Part shown: piece by piece, positions 36,690 through 49,629 of the stretch
How positions within the stretch are numbered: the stretch's first letter is position 1
How the letters are laid out: the number at the start of each line of letters is the position of its first letter
NCBI GenBank assembly: GCA_053919585.1
Contig: CM132788.1
Strand: one strand, 5' to 3'
Source: Euprymna scolopes
Taxonomy: Eukaryota
Length of the DNA: 64,000 nt
Position numbers and translations under genes: made by a program
Notes under the pieces: generated by a model
Told to the model about the DNA's origin: nothing
Databases searched by the model: none
The model's input: the letters and a program-made list of their open reading frames with translations, nothing else

Positions 36690-38038
36690 ATCTCTTCTCT
36701 TCTTCTTCTTCTTCTTCTTCTCTTCTCTATCTATCTATTTATCTTCTATCTATCTATCTATCTTCTTCTATCTTCTATTCTATCTATTCTATTCTTCTAT
36801 CTTCTTCTATCTATCTTCTTCTTCTATCTATTCTATCTTCTTTCTATCTATCTTCTATCTTTATCTTCTATTCTATCTTCTATCTATCTATCTATCTATC
36901 TTCTTCTTCTATCTATTCTATCTTCTTTCTATCTATCTTCTATCTTTATCTTCTATTCTATCTTCTATCTATCTATCTATCTATCTTCTTCTATCTATCT
37001 ACTATTCTTCTTCTATTCTTCTTTCCTATCTATTCTATTCTTCTATTCTATCTTCTATCTTCTTCTAACTATTCTATCTATCTATCTTCTTTTTCTTTCT
37101 ATCTTCTTCTATCTTCTTCTTCTTCTATCTATCTATCTATCTATCTTCTATCTATCTTCCTCTATCTATCTTCTTCTATCTATCTATCTATCTTCTTCTA
37201 TCTTCTTCTTTCTATCTTCTATCTATCTATTTATCTACCTATTCTTCTTCTATCTATCTTCTTCTTTCTATCTTCTATCTATCTATCTATCTATCTATCT
37301 ATTCTTCTTCTTCTATCTATCTATATTCTATCTTCTTCTCTTCTCTTCTCCTCTCTATTTTCTTCTTTCTTTTCTTCTATCTTCTTCTATCTATCTTCTA
37401 TTCTTTTTGTTCTTCTATTCTATCTATCTCTTCTATCTATCTATCTATCTTCTCTTCTCTTTCTTCTTCTTCTTTTTCTATCCTCTCTTCTATCTATCTA
37501 TCTATCTATTTATCTATTCTTCTTCTTCTACCTTCTTCTATCTTCTATATATATCTTCTTCTTCTATCTATTTATCTTCTTCCTCTCCCATCTATATTCT
37601 ATTCGATCTTCTTTCTATTCTATCTATCTTCTATCTTCTTTCTTTCTATCTTCTTCTATTCTATCTTCTATCTTTCTATCTATCTATCTTCTATCTTCTT
37701 TCTTTCTATCTTCTTCTATTCTATCTTCTATCTTTCTATCTATCTATTTTCTTTCTTTCTATCTTCTTCTATTCTATCTTCTATCTTTCTATCTATCTAT
37801 CTTCTATCTATATATCTTCTTCTATTCTATCTTCTTCTATCTATCTTCTATCTATCTTCTGTCCTCTTCTCTATCTCTTCTCTATCTTCTTCTTCTCTTC
37901 TCTTCTATCTTCTATTTTCTATCCATCTTCTTCTATCTATCTTTTCTTCTTCTTCTATCTATCTTCTATCTTCTTCTATTCTATCTTCTATCTATTCTAT
38001 TCTTCTATTCTATCTATCTTCTTTATCTATCTTCTTCT
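36690..38038 (+). repeat. Compound (TCTA)n/(TCT)n pyrimidine-rich microsatellite, ~1.35 kb
   Basis: Direct reading; runs into an N gap. Confidence 0.95.
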
Positions 38039-39137
38039 NNNNNNNNNNNNNNNNNNNNNNNNNNNNNNNNNNNNNNNNNNNNNNNNNNNNNNNNNNNNNN
38101 NNNNNNNNNNNNNNNNNNNNNNNNNNNNNNNNNNNNNNNNNNNNNNNNNNNNNNNNNNNNNNNNNNNNNNNNNCGTGTGAATTTGACCTTAATAGGAATA
38201 AAAATCACGACATTACATTCAAATGTAATGTCCCCACACTCCACCACAGGATCTGAGGTGTGCTATAGGCCTACTACCCTTACAGTCTTTTGATATTCGT
38301 ACATTTCTATATTTTTTCCGGATAGAGTTCATTTCCACAATCGATTACAATCAATGGAAGTTGTAAAATCTTTTCTCTCTATCCGATTCATACTTCGCCC
38401 GCGACCACTTAACACCGCTGCGGATACGTCCACAGGGGAATATACGAAGAACACCGGTTGGAGTTGTTAGTTGCTTAAAACTATGGATTGGCATTTTCCC
38501 GTCGGGTGAAACGCGACTTTACATTCCAGTTATTCTGTCGGTTACTTGTATACCATTCAAAGTCATTATCTCTCACATTTCGCGGATATAGTTTTACCGC
38601 AATGTTTTATGGTTTGGAGCAATGCGCTCTGTATTAAAGACCACTTCATGACAAAGCTGAGCAGCATTAATGGAGTCCTATTGAAAGTATCATTTATATT
38701 ATCCGGAATACTGTTCTCATCTTGGATGTTATTCTCAAAACGTTTCGGTGGCTGTAAGTTTCGACCTCTTTAACCCTCTTACCGCCAAATTGTACTTTCA
38801 AGTCGCCTTTAAAAAAAACAATCTTTCTTACATTTATGGCTCGTCAGCCCAACAGATCTTCAAACTACAGGTCTATGCATGGTTCAAAAGTGAATGAAGG
38901 CTTTGTTTATGTTCGTGCGTCAGTTGCATGCTAACTTCCATCACGTGTGATTTACACGATTTAAGAATTTATTTATTGTATAAAATAAAAATCTNNNNNN
39001 NNNNNNNNNNNNNNNNNNNNNNNNNNNNNNNNNNNNNNNNNNNNNNNNNNNNNNNNNNNNNNNNNNNNNNNNNNNNNNNNNNNNNNNNNNNNNNNNNNNN
39101 NNNNNNNNNNNNNNNNNNNNNNNNNNNNNNNNNNNNN

Positions 39138-39305
39138 TTTTTTTTTTTTTCAGGTTTCAATGAGGAATACGATGTTTTTTTGCCTCTGGTTACGGTATTT
39201 ATCCCGCCTTACGGTGTTATTTATAATTTTATTTGATTATATACATGTGTATACTGTATTGTATTTTGTTGCTAATTTGTAATGCCGTAACTCAGGGTTC
39301 TACCG
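39138..39305 (+). mobile_element. Tigger/pogo-like MITE, uninterrupted partial copy (left end in gap)
   Basis: Aligns with 41315-41421 joined to 44768-44824, i.e. the empty-site version. Confidence 0.7.
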
Positions 39306-40187
39306 TATATAATTGAAAATCACTCTAGACAAGGCATGAAGCCACTTGAAATAAGAAGCTAAATAATACTATTTCAAGATCAAAAGCTTGCCAACGATAA
39401 GTGCTTGATGAAATAAACTCTGACACAGAAAGTAACAATTCTTCGGAAACATAGTAAGTAATACTTTTAGTTTCTTTTATCAGATTTTGTCATGCCTTGT
39501 CTGGAATTATTTCTACGTAAAACATCACATTTCCATTTTGCATACACAAAGGTGATTCTTTACTGCATAAAATGAGATCTTGTTTTACTGTTTCAAACGT
39601 AATAACTACTTCAACTGCGTAGATTGTTGTATTTCTTAATGCGAGCCTTTTTATTCAATTCCTTCATTTATTTAGATTTTAGGTAACATTAGGTAGATTA
39701 TAGGTATTTTTTAAATTACTTAATTTTTATAACAATATCATGTAGATCATTTTTATGGAAATCACTACAGACAAGGCATGAAGCCACTGATGTAAAAGGC
39801 TAAAAAAATAATACTTCAAGGTAAAAAAAACTTGCCAACGGTAAGTGTTAAATTTTTAATACATTCTGACAAAGAAAACAGCAATTTTCCCCTCTTTGTA
39901 CGAAACATCGTTCATGGAATATGAGGACTGAAGGAGAAAATAAGGGGAGGAAGAGTTATGCAACTGCCGAAAGTAAATTCAAGGTTCACTTTCTATTCTC
40001 CTTAATATTTATCCATATTTAAGATGTTTTACCGATAAAATCACTAATAGTATATATAAAAAAAAAATATGATAATTATTAAATGAATAAATTTAAATGA
40101 ATTTAAAATGTTAGAACAGTAGAATACTTTAATAAAATTAAGAAATAAAATGGCCAGATACGTTTTTTTCAATTCTTTTTCACCACA

Positions 40188-40733
40188 AACAAGGCATATT
40201 GCCACTTGGAACGTCAGTGAGCATTATTAAGGATCGTGTCTAACATGTGGCTATGGGGAGTTGAGCAACGAGATGTCTTTTCAAATTACGTTTAAGCTTT
40301 TGCATGTTAGTACAGTCAAGGAAGCAGGAAGCAGGAAGCAGTGAGGGAATTTCAAAGTCTAGCGGTCAGAGAGAAGTAATAAATCGAGGAGAAGGCTTTT
40401 TGGCATCTAGCGACCTCAACAGTGAGGGGGTAGGCGTTTGCTTCTTGGCGGGTTAGTTGAGAGTATTTACATAGATGGGGGCACAAGTGCTATGCGTTCA
40501 TCAGAGCACGTTGCATTAAGGTACTCGTAAAATAGGTACAGGGATGCAACACTGAGGCGATGGGACAGAAGTTGGAGCTTGACCGATAGTGTGGGATCTA
40601 TTAGATTTTAATTTTTTTGGGGGGGGGGTTTAAACCTGTTCAAGAATGAAAGACTGGTGGTATATGCACCAGCACAGATGTGGCAACAATACTGCATGTA
40701 TGGGTGAATTATGGACTTTGCAAAGATATAGGA

Positions 40734-40740
<7 letters not shown>
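40188..40740 (-). mobile_element. Old CR1/Jockey-group LINE 3' fragment
   Basis: Translates IHPYMQYCCHICAGA, homologous to RPRMEYCCHIWAGA. Confidence 0.65.
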
Positions 40741-40804
<64 letters not shown>

Positions 40805-41421
40805 GTGAGTAATTACTTATCACAGTACACGGAGCCCAATTTCTTTGCAGTAGCCTTGGCAATATCCTCAATGGATTTGTTCCAATTCATGTTGCCCGTG
40901 AATGTTAATCCGAGGAATTTGAAAAACTCCTTTTGGACCCTGTCTAAGGGTAAGTTTTATCTTCGACCTCTGTTTTTTTTTATTGTAAAAAATAATAAAC
41001 TCGTTTTCTACCATAATAAAAACATTCCTTTCTTCCCAGTTTTGTCTATCGTCATGCGAAGTTCCCATGAACAGAAGTTATCTGCAAGGACTTTCTGTCT
41101 GTGGAACACATTACAATGGGTTGGCTTCCTTGCGGAAACTTTTCATGTCAAATATTAACAAATTTTTATCATAAATGACCCCACAATTTATACTACTTAA
41201 TCCATTTCGTTAATAATCTTCAATCTTCGTGTGGTCTTTCATCTTTAAACTAGCAATCATTCTATTAACCTTGATAGAGTAGAACCCCGGAATACGGTGG
41301 CCTTAAGATACGTTTTTTCAGATTACGATGTGAAATACGGTGTTTTACTGCCCCTGGTTACGGTATTTGTCCCGCCTTACGGTGTCATTTATAATGTTAT
41401 TTGATTATATACATGTGTATT

Positions 41422-44400
41422 TAGACCTCTTCAAAATTGACCTTTTTCTTCAAATATATGGAAACTGATATTATTCCCATTCTCCAAGGTCTAAATTTGC
41501 TAAATATACCAGTTATTGTGATCTTGGACCTTGGCTATGCCTGTCTCAAGAGCCATGTAATTTTATTGTTGACGTTTTTCAAAAACGCTGCAAAATATGG
41601 GATGTTATGTCCTTATTTTCATTGTAGCTTTCCAGAGGTTGATGTTATAGCATTGAAAGTGGTACCAAATGAAAGCTAATAAAATTTTCTTGCATATGGA
41701 AGTAAACACATGAACACCTGTGTAAATTTTAACTACTTTTAATGCACAAACATATATATTTTTTATGCTTGGAAAGTATGCCATCATATAATACATAACT
41801 TTATCACAAAAATGTTACACTTAATGCATGTATATAATTTATTATCACTAAGTATGTTTTATCTCTTCATTTCAGATTGTAAGTTAAAGCTGATTTGTTA
41901 AGATTTGTGAACTGCTGACAACATGGCATCTGGAAGACAACTACGCTGAGGGAAAGTGGTCAGCGATAGAAGTGAACGGGATTAACCAACTGAAAAGAGA
42001 AGAAAGGTGGCAACTCTGCCACAAGGTCATTCAGTGATGTGTATCTCATTGGGCAACCCAGCTCCACCATCAGGGGCTCTCAACTTCCTACTAATCGCCA
42101 GGTGTTCCAGTATTTCCTGCATTTGAGGAATGATAATCCCAACAGTGACAATAGGTCTTTAGCCCATGATACAGTGGATGTCGTTTTGCCATTCTGGAAT
42201 ATGGCAAGGATTAAAACACTAACTAGACCAAATGCAGTCAACCGTTTCATGATCCTCCATGAAAAGTACAGGAAAATTGTTAAAAACAAGGGAAGAAATA
42301 ACAAACCAGGGGAAGAGAAACGAGCTAACTTTCTGAAGGACTTAGACAAGTTATTTGATATTGGAGCAAAGGATGTTGTGGAGGAGATAAGAAGCAACAG
42401 GCTGCTCACAAAGGAGACCAAGGAATAGGACGTCAATTTCTACTTGGACCAACAGACCACTCGCCTGGCACACATGTCAGGTCATGATAAGGTGTTTGAG
42501 AAGAAGTCTAGAGAGAAAAGCTTCCGAGAAGAAAGAGAAGAGTTAATGTTATCATCAGTGAATGCTGCAGCAGCAGAAGTTGGGAAAATTTCAAGTGATG
42601 AAGACCCAGAGTACAGTCAAGGCTCTGGTACTAGTGAGGGTTCAGAATACACTGAGACAACACCAAGTTGTTCATCAAAACCAAGTACGATAACCTTACA
42701 CTTTCCACACTCAGTTATGACCAGTGAAGAGATTTGTAGCACTGCAGATCGGTTGTCACTCTCTGACAACCAGACTACAGCCATGGTGTCTGCAGTGTTG
42801 AAGGCAGGAGGCGCAGATCTTGATGACTTTGTTATATCACCCTCTACTACAAGACGAAATAGGATAAACACTCGTCATAACTTGTGCCAAAATTACATGA
42901 ATAACTTCAAGGAAAGTCCGCCAGATTACTGCACACTACACTGGGATGGAAAACTTCTACGGGATGTCCTTGGTGAAAGATACGCAGTGGAAAGTCTTGC
43001 AGTGCTCGTCTCTGGTACTCCACAGTATGAAGAAGGGAAGCTGCTTGGTGTGCCCTTCATAGAAAGTTCCACAGAAATCCAACAGTGTAATGCTACATTG
43101 GAACTGATAGAAGCATGTGGTCTCACAGACAACATTGTAGGCTTGGTATTTGATACCACAGCAAGCAACAGTGGCATCAACAAGGGTGCAGCGAAGCTTA
43201 TTGAAGAAAAACTAGGCAAAAAGGTATTCTACTTCGCTTGTCGCCATCACATATCAGAGGTAATAATTGGAAGTGTATGGGAGGCTGTGTTCAGCAAGGT
43301 CAAGAGTCCTGACAACCCAATGTTCAGCAATCTGAAAGAGAAGGGGAACAAGTTGGTTAAGGACTGCCCAAAAGTTCTGAGCCTAGTTGAACAAGACTTG
43401 AAACAGAAGAAGACAAGCACAATTGCAGTCTTAAGCAATTTCCTTGAGGAAGCAAGTCCGAGGGCAGATTACAGAGAGGTGGCAGAGCTGTGGCTGATCC
43501 TGCTTGGTGAGGAACCTCCTCGAGGTATCCACTGGGCCAAGCCAGGTGCCATTCACCAAGCCCGCTGGATGGCCAGGAACATTTACTGTATGAAGATGCT
43601 CATGTTTTCCAAGGAACTAAAATACAACACGGACACTATCTTCAAGCTGGAGAGGATGAACAAGTTCCTGGCCTTATTCTACACCAGCCACTGGGTGACC
43701 ACCACATCTGCAGCTGATGCACCTATCCATGACCTCCAGCTTATGAAGAACATGCTGCAATACAAGCAGTATGGCTATGAACTGGCAACCTCTGTTCTCA
43801 AGAAAATGAACAACCATCGCTGGTATCTGACCCAGGAATTAGTGGCATTCACCTTGTTCAGTTCACATGCCAGCATGACCAAGTCTGCAAAAGAGAAGCT
43901 CGCAGTCAAGCTGTCAGAAACAGAGAAACCTGAGAGTTACAGGAAAGGCAAGCCAGTGTGTCCTGTCATCAATGCAGCTACAGTTCTCACAGACCTGGTA
44001 GGGCCAGAGTCTCACTTTCTGTTTGATGCTCTTCGAGTGAAATGTGACTGGCTCACTACTCCTGCTGACACCTGGGAAGACAATGACAGCTACAGGAATG
44101 CACAGAAGTTTGTGAGGTCAGTGAAAGTGACCAATGATGTGGCTGAGAAAGGTGTGAAACTAAAGTGATTAATGATGTGGCTGAGAAAGGTGTGAAACTA
44201 ATGAGTGACTTTGCAACTACGATCACAAGTGACCCAGAGCAAAGAAGCTGCTTACTACAAGTTGTGGAGTACCACAGGAAAAATTTGACAGTTTCAAAAA
44301 AGCCACATTGAACAAGTGATAATACATGTATTAGTAACATCCTATCTGACAGTTTCTTATGCAATATATGTGTCAGTGCAGTGCTATCATACTACCAAAC

Positions 44401-44758
44401 TGATTTTCTGTAGTGTCCCAGCTGTTTGTGCATTAAAATTAGTTAAAATTTACACAGGTGTTCATGTGTTTTATTGTGCTTACTACCATATGCAAGAAAA
44501 TTTAATTAGCTTTCATTTGGTACCACTTTCAATGCTATAACATCAACTTCTGGAAAGCTACAATGAAAATAAGGACATAATATCCCATATTTTGCAGCGT
44601 TTTTAAAAAACGTCAACAATAAAATTACATGGCTCTTGAGGCAGGCATAGGTCCAAGATCACAATAACTGGTATATTTAGCTAATGTAGACCTTGGAGAA
44701 TGGGAATAATATCAGTTTCCATATATTTGAAGAAAAAGGTCAATTTCGAAGAGGTCTA
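41422..44758 (+). mobile_element. Full-length hAT-related (hATm-like) DNA transposon, 3337 bp, ~330-bp TIRs, 9-bp TSD ATGTGTATT
   Basis: TAGACCTCTTC...GAAGAGGTCTA termini; TSD at 41413-41421 and 44759-44767; transposase inside. Confidence 0.9.
41923..44320 (+). pseudogene. DDE transposase (CxxH-type, hAT-related), disrupted
   Basis: Motifs LHWDGK, FDTTASNSG, ACRHH, PGAIHQARWMA and NDVAEKGVK. Nonsense codons near the 5' end and at 42426, plus a 38-bp duplication (44124-44199) causing a frameshift. Confidence 0.9.
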
Positions 44759-46526
44759 ATGTGTATTATATACTGTACTGTATTATGTTACTAATTTTTA
44801 ATGCCGTATGCCGGGGTTCAACTGTATTTCAATAACCTTCGGCCTTGATAAGTTATGATCCACTAGTAAAAATCAGAAAAATAAGAATAGTAAGATTTTA
44901 ACAGTGTTGCATTGAACTTTGATAAGATTATCCACTAACATTTCACTTAGGTTTATCGTTTTAAGAAATGGCATGTAACAAAATACCTTGTAGCCGTTCG
45001 TAGTAAGCAAAAAGTGTAGAATAAACTTGCTACAATTTTTCTGGCTAAAATTATCATAAAAGGTCCGATTATCGGCAAAAAAATAAAACAAAATGGCGGC
45101 GGCACCTGGTGGGTCTCATGAAGTGACGTAAAATCTCGTTACTCATATGCAAATAAGATGATGCCGACTTGGATAAAAAAGAAAGAATGTTTTCAAAAAT
45201 AGGTGATTTTTTTTCAAAGTCGTACGTTTGGACCGCAGCCTATGTATATACAATACTGAGGCGAGACTATTTTAACCAAAACAAAAAAACGAAAACTGAC
45301 CGGATATGCAATCAGTTTTTCACATATCGATAAAAGGGCACTAAAATATTCAGATTACTAAAACAAAATTTAAATTATTATTGAATTTTTAACATTATCG
45401 TTTTAAACTTTTTGAATTTTAATTGTATATTAGCTAAACACATGCATCGCCCGTGAAATTTTAGGAACTCAGGAAACTCCTGTTTCCACATTTTAATTCA
45501 ATATAAATACCGTTAATCGAATGATTAACTATACGCATTAGTTATTTTACGTTTCTCAATTTTGAAGATGAAGATCTATTATTTCTATATCAATACGATA
45601 GTGTGCGTGTTATTTTCTGTGTCACGCTTACATCCGGGTCATTTAATTGTTATGTACTTCCAATTCTTGTCATAAATAATTTTACAAGAATTCTTCATAA
45701 GTTTTGGTTTCGATTATAGCTGATGGCAATCCGGTAATCTATTTTTTTATATAAATAATTTTATCAAGAATTCTTCATAAGTTTTGGTTTCGATTTTGAT
45801 TCAAGCTAGTGCACCCAAGTCATGTGGATATATATTTTTTAGTTTTGAAATCGCAACTTTATAATATATGAAAATCGATAGAAAATTAACTATAATAATA
45901 TATATGAAATCTGCAAGAATTAAAATATCATATTTAAGCGTACTTTACGACCGAGCTTTGCCGGGCGTTTGTGCTAGCTTAGATAAATACTTTTGCAGTT
46001 TTAACAAAAAAGCTACAATAATATCAGCGCGTCCCCATTTACACTGAACATCTATAGAATGCCAACATCAATATATTACATATGAATGAGTCCCCTGCGG
46101 AATTTCCACGGGTCCTGCTAGTTCGTATTATTTTAATTCATCGGACTACTGTTCTCATCTTGCGTGTCATTTTCACAACGTATCGGTTGATGAAAGTTGT
46201 AACCTTTTCAGGTGTATCTTGTCGAAATTGAGAATGTTTCTGTCGAACTCGAGAATTTGGACGGAATTTCGAACGGAACCCTTTATTTACGTCACGGGGA
46301 TAGCATGACTGGATAAAGGTCCTAAGTAATTTGCAATTGTATTTTTCGGTTGAGCACACTGAGAATTGAACTTTCAAACTTCAGGAGAATATCACTTTCA
46401 CAATTGAATTTTCCAAGTACTTAAACTACTGCGATACAGAAGTCCGACGAATCTAAAAAATACGTATTATTTATTTTCTTCTATATTTATTATTGTAAAT
46501 AAGTTTTAAATTTGAAGTAAAATCAA

Positions 46527-46700
46527 TCTATATATCTATAAAAGTGAAAGAGTCTGTCTGTCTGTCTGTCTGTCTGTGTACATTTCCCTACACAATAACT
46601 CTGTCAATTTTTAGTCTACAGACTCGAAATTTGATATACAGGGCAGTGAGATTTGGGAAAACCTTTGTAATCAGTTTTCGGCCAGAAAATTGGCTGTAAA
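46527..46700 (+). mobile_element. Helitron-like 5' fragment
   Basis: TCTATATATCTATAAAAGTGAA + (GTCT)n; same family as the 34.2 and 55.8 kb copies. Confidence 0.7.
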
Positions 46701-47845
46701 TTAACACCAGCTGACACATTGGCGTGGGGTCGCAATATACAGGGTGACCCAAAAAACCGGGTCTCAACTCTAATTAAGCCCCGTTTCTTAGTATTTTGTC
46801 CGAACGAAATTTAACACAGTGTATTCTTTGTCCCAGCTCACACTGGGGTCCTGGTGTACTCACGGTCGTTGATTCTGCCATGTCCTGTAAAATGAGGGCA
46901 GTCGGTGAATAAATAATATATATATAACAGTCTGACATCATCATGTGTTTATTTTTTTCTAATTTTTATTTCACTATGCAGTCGCCACTCGGGAAAAATA
47001 GTGACATTTTTAATAGAAAAATTCTTGAAGGATCGGCCTGCTACCTTCTTTAGTGCTGGAATTGCAATGCTAAAGCGTCATTAAAGAAAGCGTATTGATA
47101 TCAATTATATAGAAAAATAGTGAAAGCGCTCTTGTTACTACGGCTCCTTCTGGGTGAGGCTATCTACATTCTAAATGACCCTCGTATATTGACGTAATGT
47201 CTAAAACTGTAATATATATTTATGAATGGATAAACGTGGAATACATAATTAGGTGATAGATATACTCATAATCGATATTCCAGTTATAGATAATGTTTGG
47301 ACATATATTTAACTGACAATTTCAAATACATGTATTTAAATGATATCTAAGGTTGGAATATATATTTAATTTACAGCTAAATGTTTAGATATATGAAAAT
47401 TCGCTAAACTTTGAATATTTGTTTAAGTCAAATCTAAATTAGAATATATATACTGAAGTTATTGCTAAAGTTATACAATATTCTGAGGTAATACACAACT
47501 TGGAATATATGTTTATAAATAAAAGTGTATGTAATCACTAGGAATAGATGTTTAAGTAATAGTTGGAATATACATATATATATGTATGTATATATATATA
47601 TATACATATATATATAGATAAATAGATAGATAGATAGATAGATAGATAGACACGTATAAGTAAACAGAGCATTTTTAAAGTGGTGGTTATATGTTTATAT
47701 AAAGACATTTAGGAGCGCCAATCACATAGCTCAGTGATGAGTTGCTGACTGTCTAGATGGTTATAATTGCAATACGTGGCTTGTCATCGGTGTTAGTCTA
47801 GCTACACTTAAAAGCTGTAATACAGCTGAACAATCTGGTTGTCGC

Positions 47846-47890
<45 letters not shown>

Positions 47891-47913
47891 ACTTATAAAA
47901 TATATATGGCGAT

Positions 47914-47967
47914 TAAGCTACACTGAATATTCTGCGTTTCATCCAACTATAGGATTCGTCAGGCTTA
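47914..47967 (-). ncRNA. Mirror-image hammerhead ribozyme in the left arm of the palindrome
   Basis: Exact reverse complement of 47974-48027. Confidence 0.75.
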
Positions 47968-47973
47968 TGCGTA

Positions 47974-48027
47974 TAAGCCTGACGAATCCTATAGTTGGAT
48001 GAAACGCAGAATATTCAGTGTAGCTTA
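47974..48027 (+). ncRNA. Intact type I hammerhead ribozyme
   Basis: Stem I UAAGC/GCUUA; CUGACGA 47979-85; stem II AUCC/GGAU; GAAAC; stem III ACGC..GAAUAUUC..GUGU; GUA cleavage triplet 48020-22. Confidence 0.8.
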
Positions 48028-48157
48028 ATCGCCATATATATTTTATAAATTACTAACTAGCTCTACCTACGTATTGAGCACTTTTGAAGTAAATACTTAA
48101 AGTTTACGCATAAATCTATACTTTCGTATATTAAATTTATGTGAATAAATGAAGTAG

Positions 48158-48210
<53 letters not shown>

Positions 48211-48213
<3 letters not shown>

Positions 48214-49072
48214 ACTTTTTTGTACTGGCACTTTTATTGACAGTACACGCATAAAACTATAGTCCCCTTCGCAGTAATCTCCTTTGGCTGCAATGCACTT
48301 GTAGCGTTCCAACAACTTCTGGAAGGCTCCATAGAAGTCCTCTTGTGTGAGCGTGTCAATGACCCACGTCACGGGCTATTTCATCTCAATTGTTTCATAA
48401 CGACAGCTTCTAAGGTTTTGTCTTGGTCTTAAGGAATAACCAAGACTGACAGGGAGCAAGGTCTGGACTATAGGGAGGGTGAAGAACTGTCTTGATGGCC
48501 ATCTTGGGAAAAACTCCGCGAAAATATTCCGCATCATCAGTTCCTCGAGATTAATTGTGCGTACAGTTCCTACACTGACATCAAACTGTGCACTTATCGA
48601 TTCTATAGACACACGATGGCCCCCTTATCCATGAAATTCTTTATTTGGCCAATCAACTCTAGTGTTCTGACTTCTTTATTCTTATCACTCTTCCCATAAT
48701 CCCTTAAAGACTCCCTGCTTTTTTTGGATCTCTTATGCCACAGAAAAAAAAAACTAATGCTCGATTCATGTAAGATGGTCTAAAAGCAGTCTGAAGCATT
48801 CCATAAGGTTCTGTTGTAGTTTTTTTCTACGTTTAAAACAGAATTTTATTGCATATCCTTCTTCTAAAGTGTCCTCTCGTACAGATTGCATTTTGGAAAT
48901 TTACTAGCTGTGACAATCAGACTTTAGTAGGGTGTATTCTAATTCATTATGTAGCTGTTCAGTTGAACCTAAAATCATAAACATTAGTCAGTCATCTCAT
49001 AAGATGTATAGCAACAACATACTGAATTTTGGAGTGTTTACGACAATTTTAAATGCCTGTACAAAAAGTCTT
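48211..49072 (-). mobile_element. Degenerate, internally deleted mariner element
   Basis: TIR remnants aagacttttttgtac/gtacaaaaagtctt. Translations such as VIDTLTQEDFYGAFQKLLERYKCIAAKGDY and ISAQFDVSVGTV are mariner-like. Confidence 0.8.
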
Positions 49073-49629
49073 AAATATAAATAATAATTTGTGACTGCAT
49101 ATTATTAGTATTGACAGCGTTGGAAATACTGACACTATCTTAAAGTGGTAACACTACTTATACTAATATCGCACTAATACTACAACATATAACAAACACA
49201 GTTCCCGCTTAAACTATTGCTAAATATTTTTTAAAGTTAAACGTTCTTTGCTTGATAACCACTCTTGACGATGGATCCGGATATATCTGAATGAAAGATC
49301 AGGGCTTAAAACGAGTCTGGCAAATATATCCGTCAGTTTTCAACTCGAAAATCAAAATTTAATAATGAACTTAAAAATAGATTTTAAAAAAAGATATGCA
49401 GACACAAGTTTATTCTGTAATAATTAATGTAATATGNNNNNNNNNNNNNNNNNNNNNNNNNNNNNNNNNNNNNNNNNNNNNNNNNNNNNNNNNNNNNNNN
49501 NNNNNNNNNNNNNNNNNNNNNNNNNNNNNNNNNNNNNNNNNNNNNNNNNNNNNNNNNNNNNNNNNNNNNNNNNNNNNNNNNNNNNNNNNCAAGGAACTAA
49601 CAAAAACAGAAAAATGAATAAGATAAATA

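Larger units (their letters stand above)
41277..44824 (+). mobile_element. Tigger/pogo-like MITE (TA TSD) split by a DNA transposon
   Basis: TA-gAGTAGAACCCCGG...CCGGGGTTCAACTG-TA termini; it sits inside a LINE 3' end (41040-41274 / 44827-44870). Confidence 0.7.
47886..48055. repeat. Near-perfect 170-bp palindrome (inverted Penelope-like terminus)
   Basis: Arms symmetric about 47970/47971 with a 4-nt centre GCGT. Confidence 0.92.

Noticed and set aside
37407-38180. 257-aa S/I/Y/L/F ORF
   Set aside because: Translation of the TCTA/TCT microsatellite plus an N gap.
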